Translations under genes and position numbers: made by a program
Notes under the pieces: model-generated
Database searches by the model: none
The model's input: the letters and a program-made list of their open reading frames with translations, nothing else
Told to the model about the DNA's origin: nothing
From: Deltaproteobacteria bacterium
Lineage (GTDB): Bacteria; Myxococcota_A; UBA9160; UBA4427
Direction: 5' to 3'
DNA: 64,000 bases
NCBI GenBank assembly: GCA_019310975.1
Contig: JAFDDH010000010.1
Span: forward strand, 1,375-65,374
Part shown: in pieces, positions 34,646 through 43,281 of the stretch
Numbering within the stretch: the first letter of the stretch is position 1
Layout of the letters: each line of letters opens with the position of its first letter

Positions 34646-35247
34646 TGAGGACGTCCCCCATGAACCGAGAGAACGAAGAGCCGACCCTGGAGATGTGCAC
34701 GCTGCGAGCACGAAGAAGCCGCCTTGGCCTCTCTGCGCTGCTCGTGGTCGCGGCGCTGCTCGCCACCGCGTGTTCGGGCGTGCGCCCCGCCTATCAGACC
34801 ACCAACCAGCGCGAGCTCTCCGTCGAGGAGGCGCCGCTCGGCGGCGAGGCGCTCAGCCAGCGCAAGCAGGATCTGGAGCGCGCGCTCGGGGATATGGCGG
34901 CCTTCCATGCCACGATGGCGAGCCTCATCGATCGTCGCGATGGCCGGGGGCTCTCGGCCTTCGACGATTTCGTGGCCGCCTATATGGGCGAGCACCTGGA
35001 TCCGCTGCTGGCCGGCGAATGGCAGAGCAGTCATCCCGAGGTGATGGCCGTGGACGCCAATCTGCGCTTCACCAAGGCCGACGTGCTGATCCAGATGCGC
35101 TACCCGCGCCGCGTGCAGCGAGTCATCGACGATATCGAGCGCCGCTATGAGAGTCACGGGAATATGGTCGTCGACTACCCGTTGGGTGACCAGAACTCGA
35201 TCACCGACGCACTCGAGATCCTCAAGAACCGGAAGTGGGAGGGGTAG
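34645..35247 (+). CDS. lipoprotein of unknown function
   Basis: TAATG stop/start overlap at 34645. Lipobox LLATAC. Alternative start ATG 34693. Confidence 0.7.
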   Translation: MRTSPMNRENEEPTLEMCTLRARRSRLGLSALLVVAALLATACSGVRPAYQTTNQRELSVEEAPLGGEALSQRKQDLERALGDMAAFHATMASLIDRRDGRGLSAFDDFVAAYMGEHLDPLLAGEWQSSHPEVMAVDANLRFTKADVLIQMRYPRRVQRVIDDIERRYESHGNMVVDYPLGDQNSITDALEILKNRKWEG

Positions 35248-35249
35248 AA

Positions 35250-35900
35250 ATGGAATCGGAATTCCTGAATGCGATCACGCCGAGCGACGACGTCCTCACC
35301 TGGCTCGTCACACTCTTCGCGCTCGTCGCGGTATGGTTGCCCTTCTTTCGCGGCTTGAAGCTCTCCCTGCAGGCGTGGACGGCCACACGCCACTGCACGT
35401 CGGGCGAGCTGCGCAAGGGGAGGGCGGATACACGCGGGACCGACGTCGAGCCCATCGCGCTCTTGATGATGCGGGTCCTGAAGAAGGCGTTGAACGAGAA
35501 CGAGGCGGAGCGCCACCCCCGCGACTTCATATTCGATGCCACGCGGCAGTATGTGATCAACGAGTACGATGACCACTACACACGGCTGATCGGCATGTAT
35601 GCGAGCCTGCTTCCGCCGATCGGGTTCATTGGGACGACCGGCGGCATGTTGATCCTCTTCCTCTCGATGCACTTTGACAACTCGTCCCTGGAGCTCGGCG
35701 CCCTCGCCATCGCGCTGACATCGAGCATCTTCGCCCTGGTCGGCTACTCGGTGCTCGAGGGTCTGAAGATCCGCCTATATGGACGCTTGCTCCACTGTCT
35801 GCGCGACGTCCATGACCTCTACCAGGAGGCCGACCGCAAGCGCACAGGTCGGCAGTCGGATGGGGCCGCAGGCATGACGCCGGAGCCGGGTCTGGCTTAG
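35250..35900 (+). CDS. MotA/TolQ/ExbB-family proton-channel protein
   Basis: ATG 35250 after a GGGAGGGG RBS. LPPIGFIGTTGGMLILF and ALAIALTSSIFALVGYSVL match the TolQ/ExbB TM2-TM3 signatures. Confidence 0.8.
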   Translation: MESEFLNAITPSDDVLTWLVTLFALVAVWLPFFRGLKLSLQAWTATRHCTSGELRKGRADTRGTDVEPIALLMMRVLKKALNENEAERHPRDFIFDATRQYVINEYDDHYTRLIGMYASLLPPIGFIGTTGGMLILFLSMHFDNSSLELGALAIALTSSIFALVGYSVLEGLKIRLYGRLLHCLRDVHDLYQEADRKRTGRQSDGAAGMTPEPGLA

Positions 35901-35999
35901 CTCCGTCTCCCGATGGGCCGGGTCGCGCCGCCCGAATTGGGGCATACTCCGCTTCGAGGATCCGGGATGTTCCGGTGCCGACCGAGGAGTGGAAGAGTC

Positions 36000-36350
36000 A
36001 TGAGCAAGTCGATCCAGCTCGTCACCAGCACGATGATCATCGTGGGCCTGCTGCTCGCCGGTGTGCCGGCCGCGGCCATCGAGTCCAGCGTCTCGCCGGC
36101 ACTGCACGACCCGGCCGAGCCCGATGGCATTACGTGGTACGAGGTGGTCCCCCCCTACGCGATGAATGCGCGCGATACGGTCGATCTGGAGGAGCACGGC
36201 GGCTGGTCGGGCGAGTACGTATTCGGCATGACGAAGGGATTGATGCGGTCGACGCTCGTGCCGGCCCTGAAGCCGGTCTTCCTGATCTTCACCGTGCCCT
36301 TGGATCTCGTCTTCCTGCCCTTTGCGGCCATCGGCGGGTTCTTCCGCTGA
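36000..36350 (+). CDS. small exported/membrane protein of unknown function
   Basis: ATG 36000 with a GGAG-rich RBS. N-terminal signal/TM segment IIVGLLLAGVPAAAIE and C-terminal TM segment LIFTVPLDLVFLPFAAIGGFF. Confidence 0.6.
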   Translation: MSKSIQLVTSTMIIVGLLLAGVPAAAIESSVSPALHDPAEPDGITWYEVVPPYAMNARDTVDLEEHGGWSGEYVFGMTKGLMRSTLVPALKPVFLIFTVPLDLVFLPFAAIGGFFR

Positions 36351-36351
36351 C

Positions 36352-37728
36352 TCAACGCGGCGAGGTCACCACCACGGCCGCGTAGCCGCCTGGCTGCAGG
36401 GTGACGGTCTTTGCGATGCTGTCGGCGCCGCCGCTGCCAAGCATCACCTCTATTTCGTGTTGGCCGGCGGGTAGCCGTTCGCGGAAGACGAAGACCTGCT
36501 CGGGCAGGTGCATCCAGGAGCGGGTATCCGGCTTGTCCATCGCCACCATGACCGCCTCCGTGAGGAGCGCGAGCGCCCAGCCCAATCCCGCGCTCTGCTG
36601 GTTGCCGGCCTGGCGGACGCCCTCGGAGGCGGCGGCGCGGACGATCATTCGTGAGATGGCCGCGCCGATGATCCGGGGCTTGATCTCTTCGTACTCGCGT
36701 GTGATTTCGGCGCCGAGGTCGGAGGCCAGCTCGAGCTGTGCGGGGCGGTCGTCAATGCGCAGCCGGACCTTGTCGTAGACACTGCCGTTCGGGACGAGCT
36801 CCGGGTAGACGACGAATTTCATCGCCGTGTGGCCGAGCACTTCGGGGTTGCCGCTGATCCATGCGCCGGCCATGCCCACCGCCGCACCGATGGGTATGCG
36901 TTTCGGGACCTTGAAGGGGACGCGCCCGACGCTCACGACCACGAGCAGGTCGGCAGCACCCTCCCTTTCCTCTTCGGCCGCGCCTTGCGCCAACACCTGA
37001 GCGAGCATCTTGCCTCGAAACGAGGTCATCGGGGCGAGCCGCCGAATCGGTGCACCCAACGATTCGAAACGCTGCGCCTGCAGGGCCTCGTCGTAGTAGC
37101 GAATGGCACCCTGCCATTCGCCGAGCATTTCGAAGGTGAAGCCCGCCAGGTAGGATCCGATGGCGACGTGAACCTCCTCGATGCCGCTGTTCTCGAGGTA
37201 GGTCTGCATGACGGTGAAGCGGCGCGCCTCGACCCGCGAGCCGCGCAGATCCCCGTTGGCGAGGAAGTTCGCCATATTGAAGGAATTAAGGGAGAGCTTC
37301 TCGGTGGGTGTGGCCTGGTAGAGGGTCGCGCTGTCGCTGTAGACGTAGCGGCCGATATTGCCGGCCGTGTCGTCCGTCAGGTCGAGCACCTGGAGCTCGC
37401 GATCGGCGACGATGAAGTCCCGCGAGCTCCCGGGGTAGTCGAAGAGCGCCTGCTCGAGTGTGCCCCGCTCGAGCAGGCCGAGCGCCGTCTCGGATTCGAT
37501 CTTTTCGGGCATCTGCCCACGCTGGCCGACACCCATGATCTTCTCGACCTTGGTGATGCTTGCCTCGAAGTCGCCGGCCGTCGTCGTCTCCATGACCTTG
37601 GCCATCTTGTCCGAGTAGGTCGCACAACCCGACGAGAAGGGCGCCATCAGCGCGAGCAATACGAGAAGAGCACGCACGCGTGCTCCCCCACCTCGCAGCG
37701 GTGTGGTCAGGCCGGAGCGGCTGGACAT
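36352..37728 (-). CDS. large lipoprotein of unknown function (partner of LpoB-like gene)
   Basis: ATG 37728. Lipobox APFSSGC. 458 aa with protein-like composition. Separated by 9 nt from the upstream gene. Confidence 0.8.
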   Translation of the reverse strand: MSSRSGLTTPLRGGGARVRALLVLLALMAPFSSGCATYSDKMAKVMETTTAGDFEASITKVEKIMGVGQRGQMPEKIESETALGLLERGTLEQALFDYPGSSRDFIVADRELQVLDLTDDTAGNIGRYVYSDSATLYQATPTEKLSLNSFNMANFLANGDLRGSRVEARRFTVMQTYLENSGIEEVHVAIGSYLAGFTFEMLGEWQGAIRYYDEALQAQRFESLGAPIRRLAPMTSFRGKMLAQVLAQGAAEEEREGAADLLVVVSVGRVPFKVPKRIPIGAAVGMAGAWISGNPEVLGHTAMKFVVYPELVPNGSVYDKVRLRIDDRPAQLELASDLGAEITREYEEIKPRIIGAAISRMIVRAAASEGVRQAGNQQSAGLGWALALLTEAVMVAMDKPDTRSWMHLPEQVFVFRERLPAGQHEIEVMLGSGGADSIAKTVTLQPGGYAAVVVTSPR

Positions 37729-37737
37729 TTCGCGGAT

Positions 37738-38346
37738 TCAGCCCTTGAGTGCCTTGCTGCGCGTGGTCTCGTGTTGGAACTTCACCAGACCCGTCTCGAG
37801 CTCGATGATCTGCAGGAAGAGTGTGTACTGGAGCCGGCGCGTTTTCTGCAGCCGCTCGTCCACGGCCGTGAGCTTGCCGGTGATGAAGTACTTCGCCCCG
37901 AGCTGGCGACCGAGCCGAGCCGCGCCACCGGGGTCGTAGATGGCGCCCTGCTGGATGCCGATCTCGCGGGCGAGCTCGGCCTGGCGGGAGCGGGCGACGA
38001 TCTGTACGTCACCGCTGTTGATCAGGCTGGTCTCGATGGACGAGAGCAGCGTCAGCATCTGATCCTCGAGATGCTCGGATGTCGCATTCTCGATCGGCCA
38101 GATCGCCATGATCGGCGGCCTGGCAGCCGTCTCCACCTCGCCCCTCCAGAAGCGGGAATCGAAGAGCGCGTCCAGATTGCGATCCACCAGGAAGGTGATG
38201 TCGCTGCGATCGAGCGTGGTGGACATGGCGGGTGCGTCCATGTTGGGGTTCTCGGTCCCCTCGCCGCCCCGCATTGCTCTGGGCGCGCAGGCCAGCGAGA
38301 AAGCGACGAGGACGAGGAGCATTGCCGTGAGGAGCTGCCGGATCAT
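37738..38346 (-). CDS. LpoB-like lipoprotein (penicillin-binding-protein activator family fold)
   Basis: Lipobox AFSLAC. IWPIENATSEHL...LGAKYFITGKL...LFLQIIELETGLV parallels E. coli LpoB (NSTN..., GAHYVLY, LQMQLMLVQTGEIIW). Confidence 0.8.
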   Translation of the reverse strand: MIRQLLTAMLLVLVAFSLACAPRAMRGGEGTENPNMDAPAMSTTLDRSDITFLVDRNLDALFDSRFWRGEVETAARPPIMAIWPIENATSEHLEDQMLTLLSSIETSLINSGDVQIVARSRQAELAREIGIQQGAIYDPGGAARLGRQLGAKYFITGKLTAVDERLQKTRRLQYTLFLQIIELETGLVKFQHETTRSKALKG

Positions 38347-38460
38347 GAAGGATCCCCCCTATCTGGTTCACGATTGGTGGTGCCCAGGGATTCTCGCACA
38401 CTCCGCGGGATGACGGCTAGACTTGGGCGCCCATCCTGCTGGTGGATCGGAGCGGAGGCG

Positions 38461-38787
38461 ATGCGCGAGGCCCAATTCGGAATCGGAGAGATCGTCCGTC
38501 ACCGAGTCCACCCCTTTCGGGGTGTGATCTTCGACGTCGACCCTACCTTCAACAATACGGAGGAGTGGTGGCTGTCGATTCCCGAGAAGGTGCGCCCGGC
38601 CAGGGATCAGCCCTACTACCATGTGTTGGCCGAGAACGCGGAGACGACCTATGTCGCCTACGTGTCCGAGCAGAATCTCCTACCGGATGAGACCGGAGAA
38701 GCCTGTCGCCATCCGCAGATCGTCGAGCTCTTCGAGGGGCCCTACGAGGGTCGCTACCACCCGCGCTTCTCTCCAACGCGAAATTGA
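38461..38787 (+). CDS. hspQ: heat-shock protein HspQ / YccV-like hemimethylated-DNA-binding domain protein
   Basis: In-frame ATG 38461. Sequence: FGIGEIVRHRVHPFRGVIFDVDP...PYYHVLAEN...YVSEQNL. Confidence 0.85.
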   Translation: MREAQFGIGEIVRHRVHPFRGVIFDVDPTFNNTEEWWLSIPEKVRPARDQPYYHVLAENAETTYVAYVSEQNLLPDETGEACRHPQIVELFEGPYEGRYHPRFSPTRN

Positions 38788-38823
38788 GCAGGCGCGTGGC
38801 GCGTGCGATCGCTCCTCGCTCGA

Positions 38824-39426
38824 CTATGCGCAGGAGCTGCTAGCGGCCAGGACCGCGTGGATGTCGGGAATGTTGCGCCGTAGTAAGTTGCGACTGCGAC
38901 GCAGACTGTCCTTCACGTTGCTCGTGGGCTTACCGGTCGCCTGCGAGATGACGCGAAGCGGGCAGCCGCAGCCGTAGAAGAGATGGAAGATCTCGAGGTG
39001 TTCGGGATTGCGGTTGCGGGTGAGTGTGCTGGTGCACCTCTCGACGGCACGCGCGGCGTCGAGCCTGCGCTCCGCGCAGCTATGGACCGTCATCCGCTCG
39101 CTGGTGATTGCGCTCTCGAGCGGGAGCGTATCCATGCGCCGGCCGTGGAAGTGGCGGCAGGTCACGTTGTGCGCGATGCCGAAGATCCAGGTGGCGAGCC
39201 TGGCGCGGCCCCGGTAGGAGCCGATGGATCGATGGATCTGCAGAAAGACCTCCTGAGTGATGTCCTCGGCGTCGGCAGGGTTGCCGACCCGGCGCAGCGC
39301 GAATCCGAAGACGCGGCGGTGGAAGGTTTCGTAGAGCTCGTCGAAGTGCTCACTCTCCCCCGAGAGCAGGCCGGCCACCAGCTCCCATTCCTTCGACTCG
39401 GATCGCTCGCCAACAGCCTTGGCCAC
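38824..39426 (-). CDS. ECF-type RNA polymerase sigma-70 family factor
   Basis: GTG 39426 preceded by a GGGAGG RBS. Region 2: DAEDITQEVFLQIHRSIGSYRG...WIFGIAHN. Region 4 HTH: ISQATGKPTSNVKDSLRRSR. Confidence 0.85.
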   Translation of the reverse strand: MAKAVGERSESKEWELVAGLLSGESEHFDELYETFHRRVFGFALRRVGNPADAEDITQEVFLQIHRSIGSYRGRARLATWIFGIAHNVTCRHFHGRRMDTLPLESAITSERMTVHSCAERRLDAARAVERCTSTLTRNRNPEHLEIFHLFYGCGCPLRVISQATGKPTSNVKDSLRRSRNLLRRNIPDIHAVLAASSSCA

Positions 39427-39548
39427 GTCGTGCCTCCCTCTGGCGCCTACACGCACCTTCTCGTGCAGGACTGCCCCGCCCGCACGATACGAATATTGGG
39501 GGAATTTCTCGCGGGCCACTGTGAAGCCCTTCACACTCGCGATCAGAA

Positions 39549-41084
39549 TCAAGGAAGCGGGCCGAAACGACCCAGTGGCGCCGAGCCAAGGCTGGCGCGG
39601 GCATCGCCGAGGGCGAGGCCGCGAAGCAGCGCATCGCGCATCTCGCGCGGATCGATGATCTCGTCGAATCCCATGCTGTCGGCGATTCGCCAGGGTCCGC
39701 CGGCCTCGGCCGCATCGAGGGCGGCTTGCTGCTCCGCGGCGGCGCCCGCGGCCATCCCGCCACCCTCGGCGGGCATCGCGCCGAGCGTTGCGCCCGGAAA
39801 CGCGAGTGAAAGAGTCTGCCGATCGAAGGGATTCATCGCCATCATCGAGCTGCCGAATCCGAACGCCTTGCGGAGCGTGACGTGGAGCTTCGGCGAGCGC
39901 AGCCGCCGTTGTGCGGCGAACATCCGGGCGGCGGCCCGCAATGCGCCCTCACGTTCTGCCGCCTTGCCGGCCATCATGCCTGGATTGTCGGCCAGGAAGA
40001 CGACCGGCAGATGAAAGCTGCCCATCACCTCCAGGAAGCGGGCGCCCTTCTCGGCTGCCGCGCGGTCCAGGGTGCCGGCCTTCGCCATCGGGTCGTTCGC
40101 GACAATCGCCACCGAGCGCCCGCCAAGTCGTGCCAGTGCAGTGATCAGCGCCGCGCCGTATCGTGGCTGGATCTCCAGCAGGCTGTGGGCATCCACGAGG
40201 CGCTCGAGCACCCTGCGCATCTTGTAGGGGCGGCGCGAGTCGCAGGGGATGATCGAGAGAATGTCGTGGAGCGGGCGCTCGCCCGTATCGCCCGTGTCGA
40301 TGCGTGGTGGGCCCGACCAGGCGTTCGAGGGCAAGTGGGCCAGGTATTGCCGCGCGAGAGCGACGGCGGCCCTATCGTCCTCCACCACGTTGTGGACCAC
40401 GCCACTCGCGATTCCGTGCACCTCGGGACCGCCAAGCTCCTCCTTGCTCACCTTCTCCCCGATGGCCGCCTCGACGAGTGGAGGGCCAGCGGCAAAGAGC
40501 GCGGCGCTCTTCGTCATCACCGCGAAATCCATTAGCGGTGCGGCCAGCGCGCTGTGGCCGGCGGAAGGGCCGAGTACGAGGCAGACCGTCGGCACCACGC
40601 CCGAGAGATCCACGAGGCCCTGCAGATCGTTGGGCCCACGCCCGTGTCCCTTGAGTGCGTTGGTTATACGATGGCCCGCGCCGTGCAGCATGAAGATCAG
40701 CGGGACGCGCTCCTCGGCGGCCAGCTGCGTGAGCCGGTAGCGCTTGTCGGCGGCACCGAGCCCGATCGAACCACCCTTGACGGTGAAGTCTTCGGCGCCC
40801 ACCAGCACCGGGCGCCCGTCGACGCGACCGAAGCCAGCCGGGAAGGCGTCCGCGGGTGCGTCGGGCTCGCTCACACCGCCCACCAGGCTACCGATCTCGG
40901 AGAAGCTGTCCGCATCGAGCAGCTCCCGGATGCGTTCGCGTGCGTTCAGCAGGCCGCGCGACCGCTGGCGCTCGAGCTTCTCGGCCCCGCCCATTTCGTG
41001 GGATCGGCGGCGGCGCCGATCGAGACTCTCTAGCATCGGCCCCCAGCCATGAAGATCGTCGCCCTTTTCCCGATCGCTCCCCAT
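39549..41084 (-). CDS. acyl-CoA carboxylase carboxyltransferase subunit (propionyl-CoA carboxylase beta / methylmalonyl-CoA decarboxylase alpha family)
   Basis: ATG 41084 with a GGGAGGGG RBS. Motifs: ERIRELLDADSF, EDFTVKGGSIG, GPSAGHSALAAP, FLADNPGMMAG. Confidence 0.9.
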   Translation of the reverse strand: MGSDREKGDDLHGWGPMLESLDRRRRRSHEMGGAEKLERQRSRGLLNARERIRELLDADSFSEIGSLVGGVSEPDAPADAFPAGFGRVDGRPVLVGAEDFTVKGGSIGLGAADKRYRLTQLAAEERVPLIFMLHGAGHRITNALKGHGRGPNDLQGLVDLSGVVPTVCLVLGPSAGHSALAAPLMDFAVMTKSAALFAAGPPLVEAAIGEKVSKEELGGPEVHGIASGVVHNVVEDDRAAVALARQYLAHLPSNAWSGPPRIDTGDTGERPLHDILSIIPCDSRRPYKMRRVLERLVDAHSLLEIQPRYGAALITALARLGGRSVAIVANDPMAKAGTLDRAAAEKGARFLEVMGSFHLPVVFLADNPGMMAGKAAEREGALRAAARMFAAQRRLRSPKLHVTLRKAFGFGSSMMAMNPFDRQTLSLAFPGATLGAMPAEGGGMAAGAAAEQQAALDAAEAGGPWRIADSMGFDEIIDPREMRDALLRGLALGDARASLGSAPLGRFGPLP

Positions 41085-41262
41085 TATCCCCTCCCTTTCC
41101 TGCCTCACTTCGTTCTCACAGCTCTGCGCCGGGCTCGGCGGCGTGCTCGCTTGGCACGTCTTGACGCTGTGGGCAGAGTCGGATCATTGTACCTGGCATG
41201 ACCCGCACCACACGTAGTGTCTGGGTCGTGGGAGCGCGCGTTCCGACACAGAGGATAGTCGT

Positions 41263-42327
41263 ATGGCCGCCCCGGAGTTGACGCCAGACTCGCCGATGCG
41301 GGTGCTCGTCACGGGCGCGACCGGATTCGTCGGCTCGCATACCGCGATGCGCCTGCTCGAGTCGGGTCATGGCCTACGCCTACTGGTGCGCGATCGACGC
41401 AAGGCCGAACACATCTTCGGCCCCGTGCGGCTGCGCGACGTGGAGCTCGTGGTGGGCGATGTCTCGGACCTGGGACTCGTGCGCGAGGCGCTGCGCGGCT
41501 GCGACGGCGTGGTGCATACGGCAGCGGTGACGCCCGTCGGGCTTCGGCCCGACCAGGATCTCGAGGCGGTGAACGTCGGCGGCGTCCGCGCCGTGGTGGG
41601 CGGCGCCTGTGAGGAGGGGATCGAGTCGGTGGTCTACGTCTCGAGTCTGAAGGCCATCTTCCATCCCGATGCGAGCAGGATGACGGCAGAAGCGCCGATC
41701 GCGAAGTCGCGTCTTGCCTATTCGCGGTCCAGGGCTCGGGCGGAGCACTACGTGCGATCCGTTCAGCAGACGGGTGCGCCGGTGATGATCATCTATCCCG
41801 GCAGCGTCCTGGGCCCGGACGATCCCGGTCTCTCATCCGCCGCTGCGGCGCTGCGTGACCGCATCACTCGGCGCTTCACGATCACGTCCAGCGGAGCACA
41901 GCAGATCGACGTTCGCGATCTCGCCGACGTCGTTACGACGCTGATCGAGGAGGCCTGCGGGCCGGGCCGCTTCCTCGCGCCGGGTCACTTCCTCAGCTGG
42001 AGCGAGATGGCGGACCTGCTCGAGAGGCTGGTTGGCCGTTCGCTCGAGCGCGTTCACGTGCCTGGCTGGCGGCTTCGGCTCTCCGGCCGCGCCGTCGACT
42101 GGCTGCGCGCGTTTGCACGCATCGACTCACCGCTCTCGGCAGAGTCGATGCGCCACGCCACGCGCTGGCCGCCGGTGGAGCCCTCCCCCGAGCTCGCCGA
42201 GATGGGGGTGGTGTTCCGCACTCCGGAGGAGACCTTTCGCGATACTCTGCTGTGGATGTGCGAGGCCGGGCACCTGGACCGGGCCTTCGCGCCGGGGCTC
42301 GAAGGCGTGGCCGGGGCCGACCGATAG
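41263..42327 (+). CDS. NAD-dependent epimerase/dehydratase (extended SDR)
   Basis: MRVLVTGATGFVGSH Rossmann motif and YSRSRARAE (YxxxK-like region). GAGGA RBS before ATG 41263. Confidence 0.85.
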   Translation: MAAPELTPDSPMRVLVTGATGFVGSHTAMRLLESGHGLRLLVRDRRKAEHIFGPVRLRDVELVVGDVSDLGLVREALRGCDGVVHTAAVTPVGLRPDQDLEAVNVGGVRAVVGGACEEGIESVVYVSSLKAIFHPDASRMTAEAPIAKSRLAYSRSRARAEHYVRSVQQTGAPVMIIYPGSVLGPDDPGLSSAAAALRDRITRRFTITSSGAQQIDVRDLADVVTTLIEEACGPGRFLAPGHFLSWSEMADLLERLVGRSLERVHVPGWRLRLSGRAVDWLRAFARIDSPLSAESMRHATRWPPVEPSPELAEMGVVFRTPEETFRDTLLWMCEAGHLDRAFAPGLEGVAGADR

Positions 42328-42362
42328 GGGGTGATGGGGGGGTGGTCGGGAGAGGTCGCTTC

Positions 42363-43274
42363 GTGTGCTGCGCTCGCGCGTGGCTCGGCTCAATGCTGCT
42401 GGCGGCTACTGCGTATTCGCTCGTTGCGCCGGGGTCTGCGTCCGCGCAGGACCTGATTCTTCCCGAGTGGGAGTACGAGCCGAGCGAAGATGCATCCAAG
42501 ACCCGCCGTGGGGCGGGCAAGGCGGCCGAGATCTCGTACTCGTTCGTGAATGACACCGTGTCCGATGCCTGGTCGATTACCAAATCGCCCCTCGGCTGGG
42601 GGCCGAAGGACTGGCTCTGGGTTGCGGCCCTCGCGGGCGCGACCACGGGCATCGTCTACACCGTGGACAGCCAGGTGCGCGAGGCGGCGCTGGGTAGTCA
42701 CGGCTTCGAGAAATTCGGGGACGGCATACGTCCGCTCGGCACGGGACCGGGGTTGGTGGCGCTGACCGGTGGCTTCCTGCTGGCCGGTGCCGTCCTCGAC
42801 AGGCCGAAGGAGATCGAGACTGCACGGCTCCTGCTCGAGGCCTCGGCGATCGGGCTGGGCTTCACGGTCCTCGGCAAGTACACGATCGGGCGCTACCGCC
42901 CGCGTGCCAATCGCGGCCCGCTCGCCTTCGAACCCTTTGGTGGCAGCGTCTCGATGCCCTCCGGCGAGACGACGAGCGCCTTCATCATGGCCGGTGTGAT
43001 TGCGTCGCAGTATCCGCAGTGGTATTGGCAGCTGACGGCCTACTCGTTGGCCACCGCGGTGGGAGCGGGCCGGGTCGCATTGGACGCGCACTGGACGAGC
43101 GACGTCTTCGTGAGTGCGGTGCTGGGAATCGCGGTCTCCAAAGCGGTCGTGCACCTCAATCGCATACGCGTCGAGCGCCGCCGCCTGCGCCAGGGAAGAG
43201 GTGGCAAGCCCGACATCCAGCACCACTACTTCGCCGTGACGCCGCGCTCGTTCCGCTGGACCTATATCTGGTAG
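42363..43274 (+). CDS. PAP2-superfamily (phosphatidic acid/undecaprenyl-PP type) phosphatase, exported/membrane
   Basis: Motifs: KYTIGRYRP, PSGETT, GRVALDAHWTSD. Start at GTG 42363 (GGGAGAGG RBS) or ATG 42393. Confidence 0.8.
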   Translation: MCCARAWLGSMLLAATAYSLVAPGSASAQDLILPEWEYEPSEDASKTRRGAGKAAEISYSFVNDTVSDAWSITKSPLGWGPKDWLWVAALAGATTGIVYTVDSQVREAALGSHGFEKFGDGIRPLGTGPGLVALTGGFLLAGAVLDRPKEIETARLLLEASAIGLGFTVLGKYTIGRYRPRANRGPLAFEPFGGSVSMPSGETTSAFIMAGVIASQYPQWYWQLTAYSLATAVGAGRVALDAHWTSDVFVSAVLGIAVSKAVVHLNRIRVERRRLRQGRGGKPDIQHHYFAVTPRSFRWTYIW

Positions 43275-43281
43275 CCAGAGC

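Noticed and set aside
36829-38460. First 544 codons of plus-strand ORF 36829..38787.
   Set aside because: Shadow of the two minus-strand lipoprotein genes. Only the last 108 codons (HspQ, from ATG 38461) are credible.
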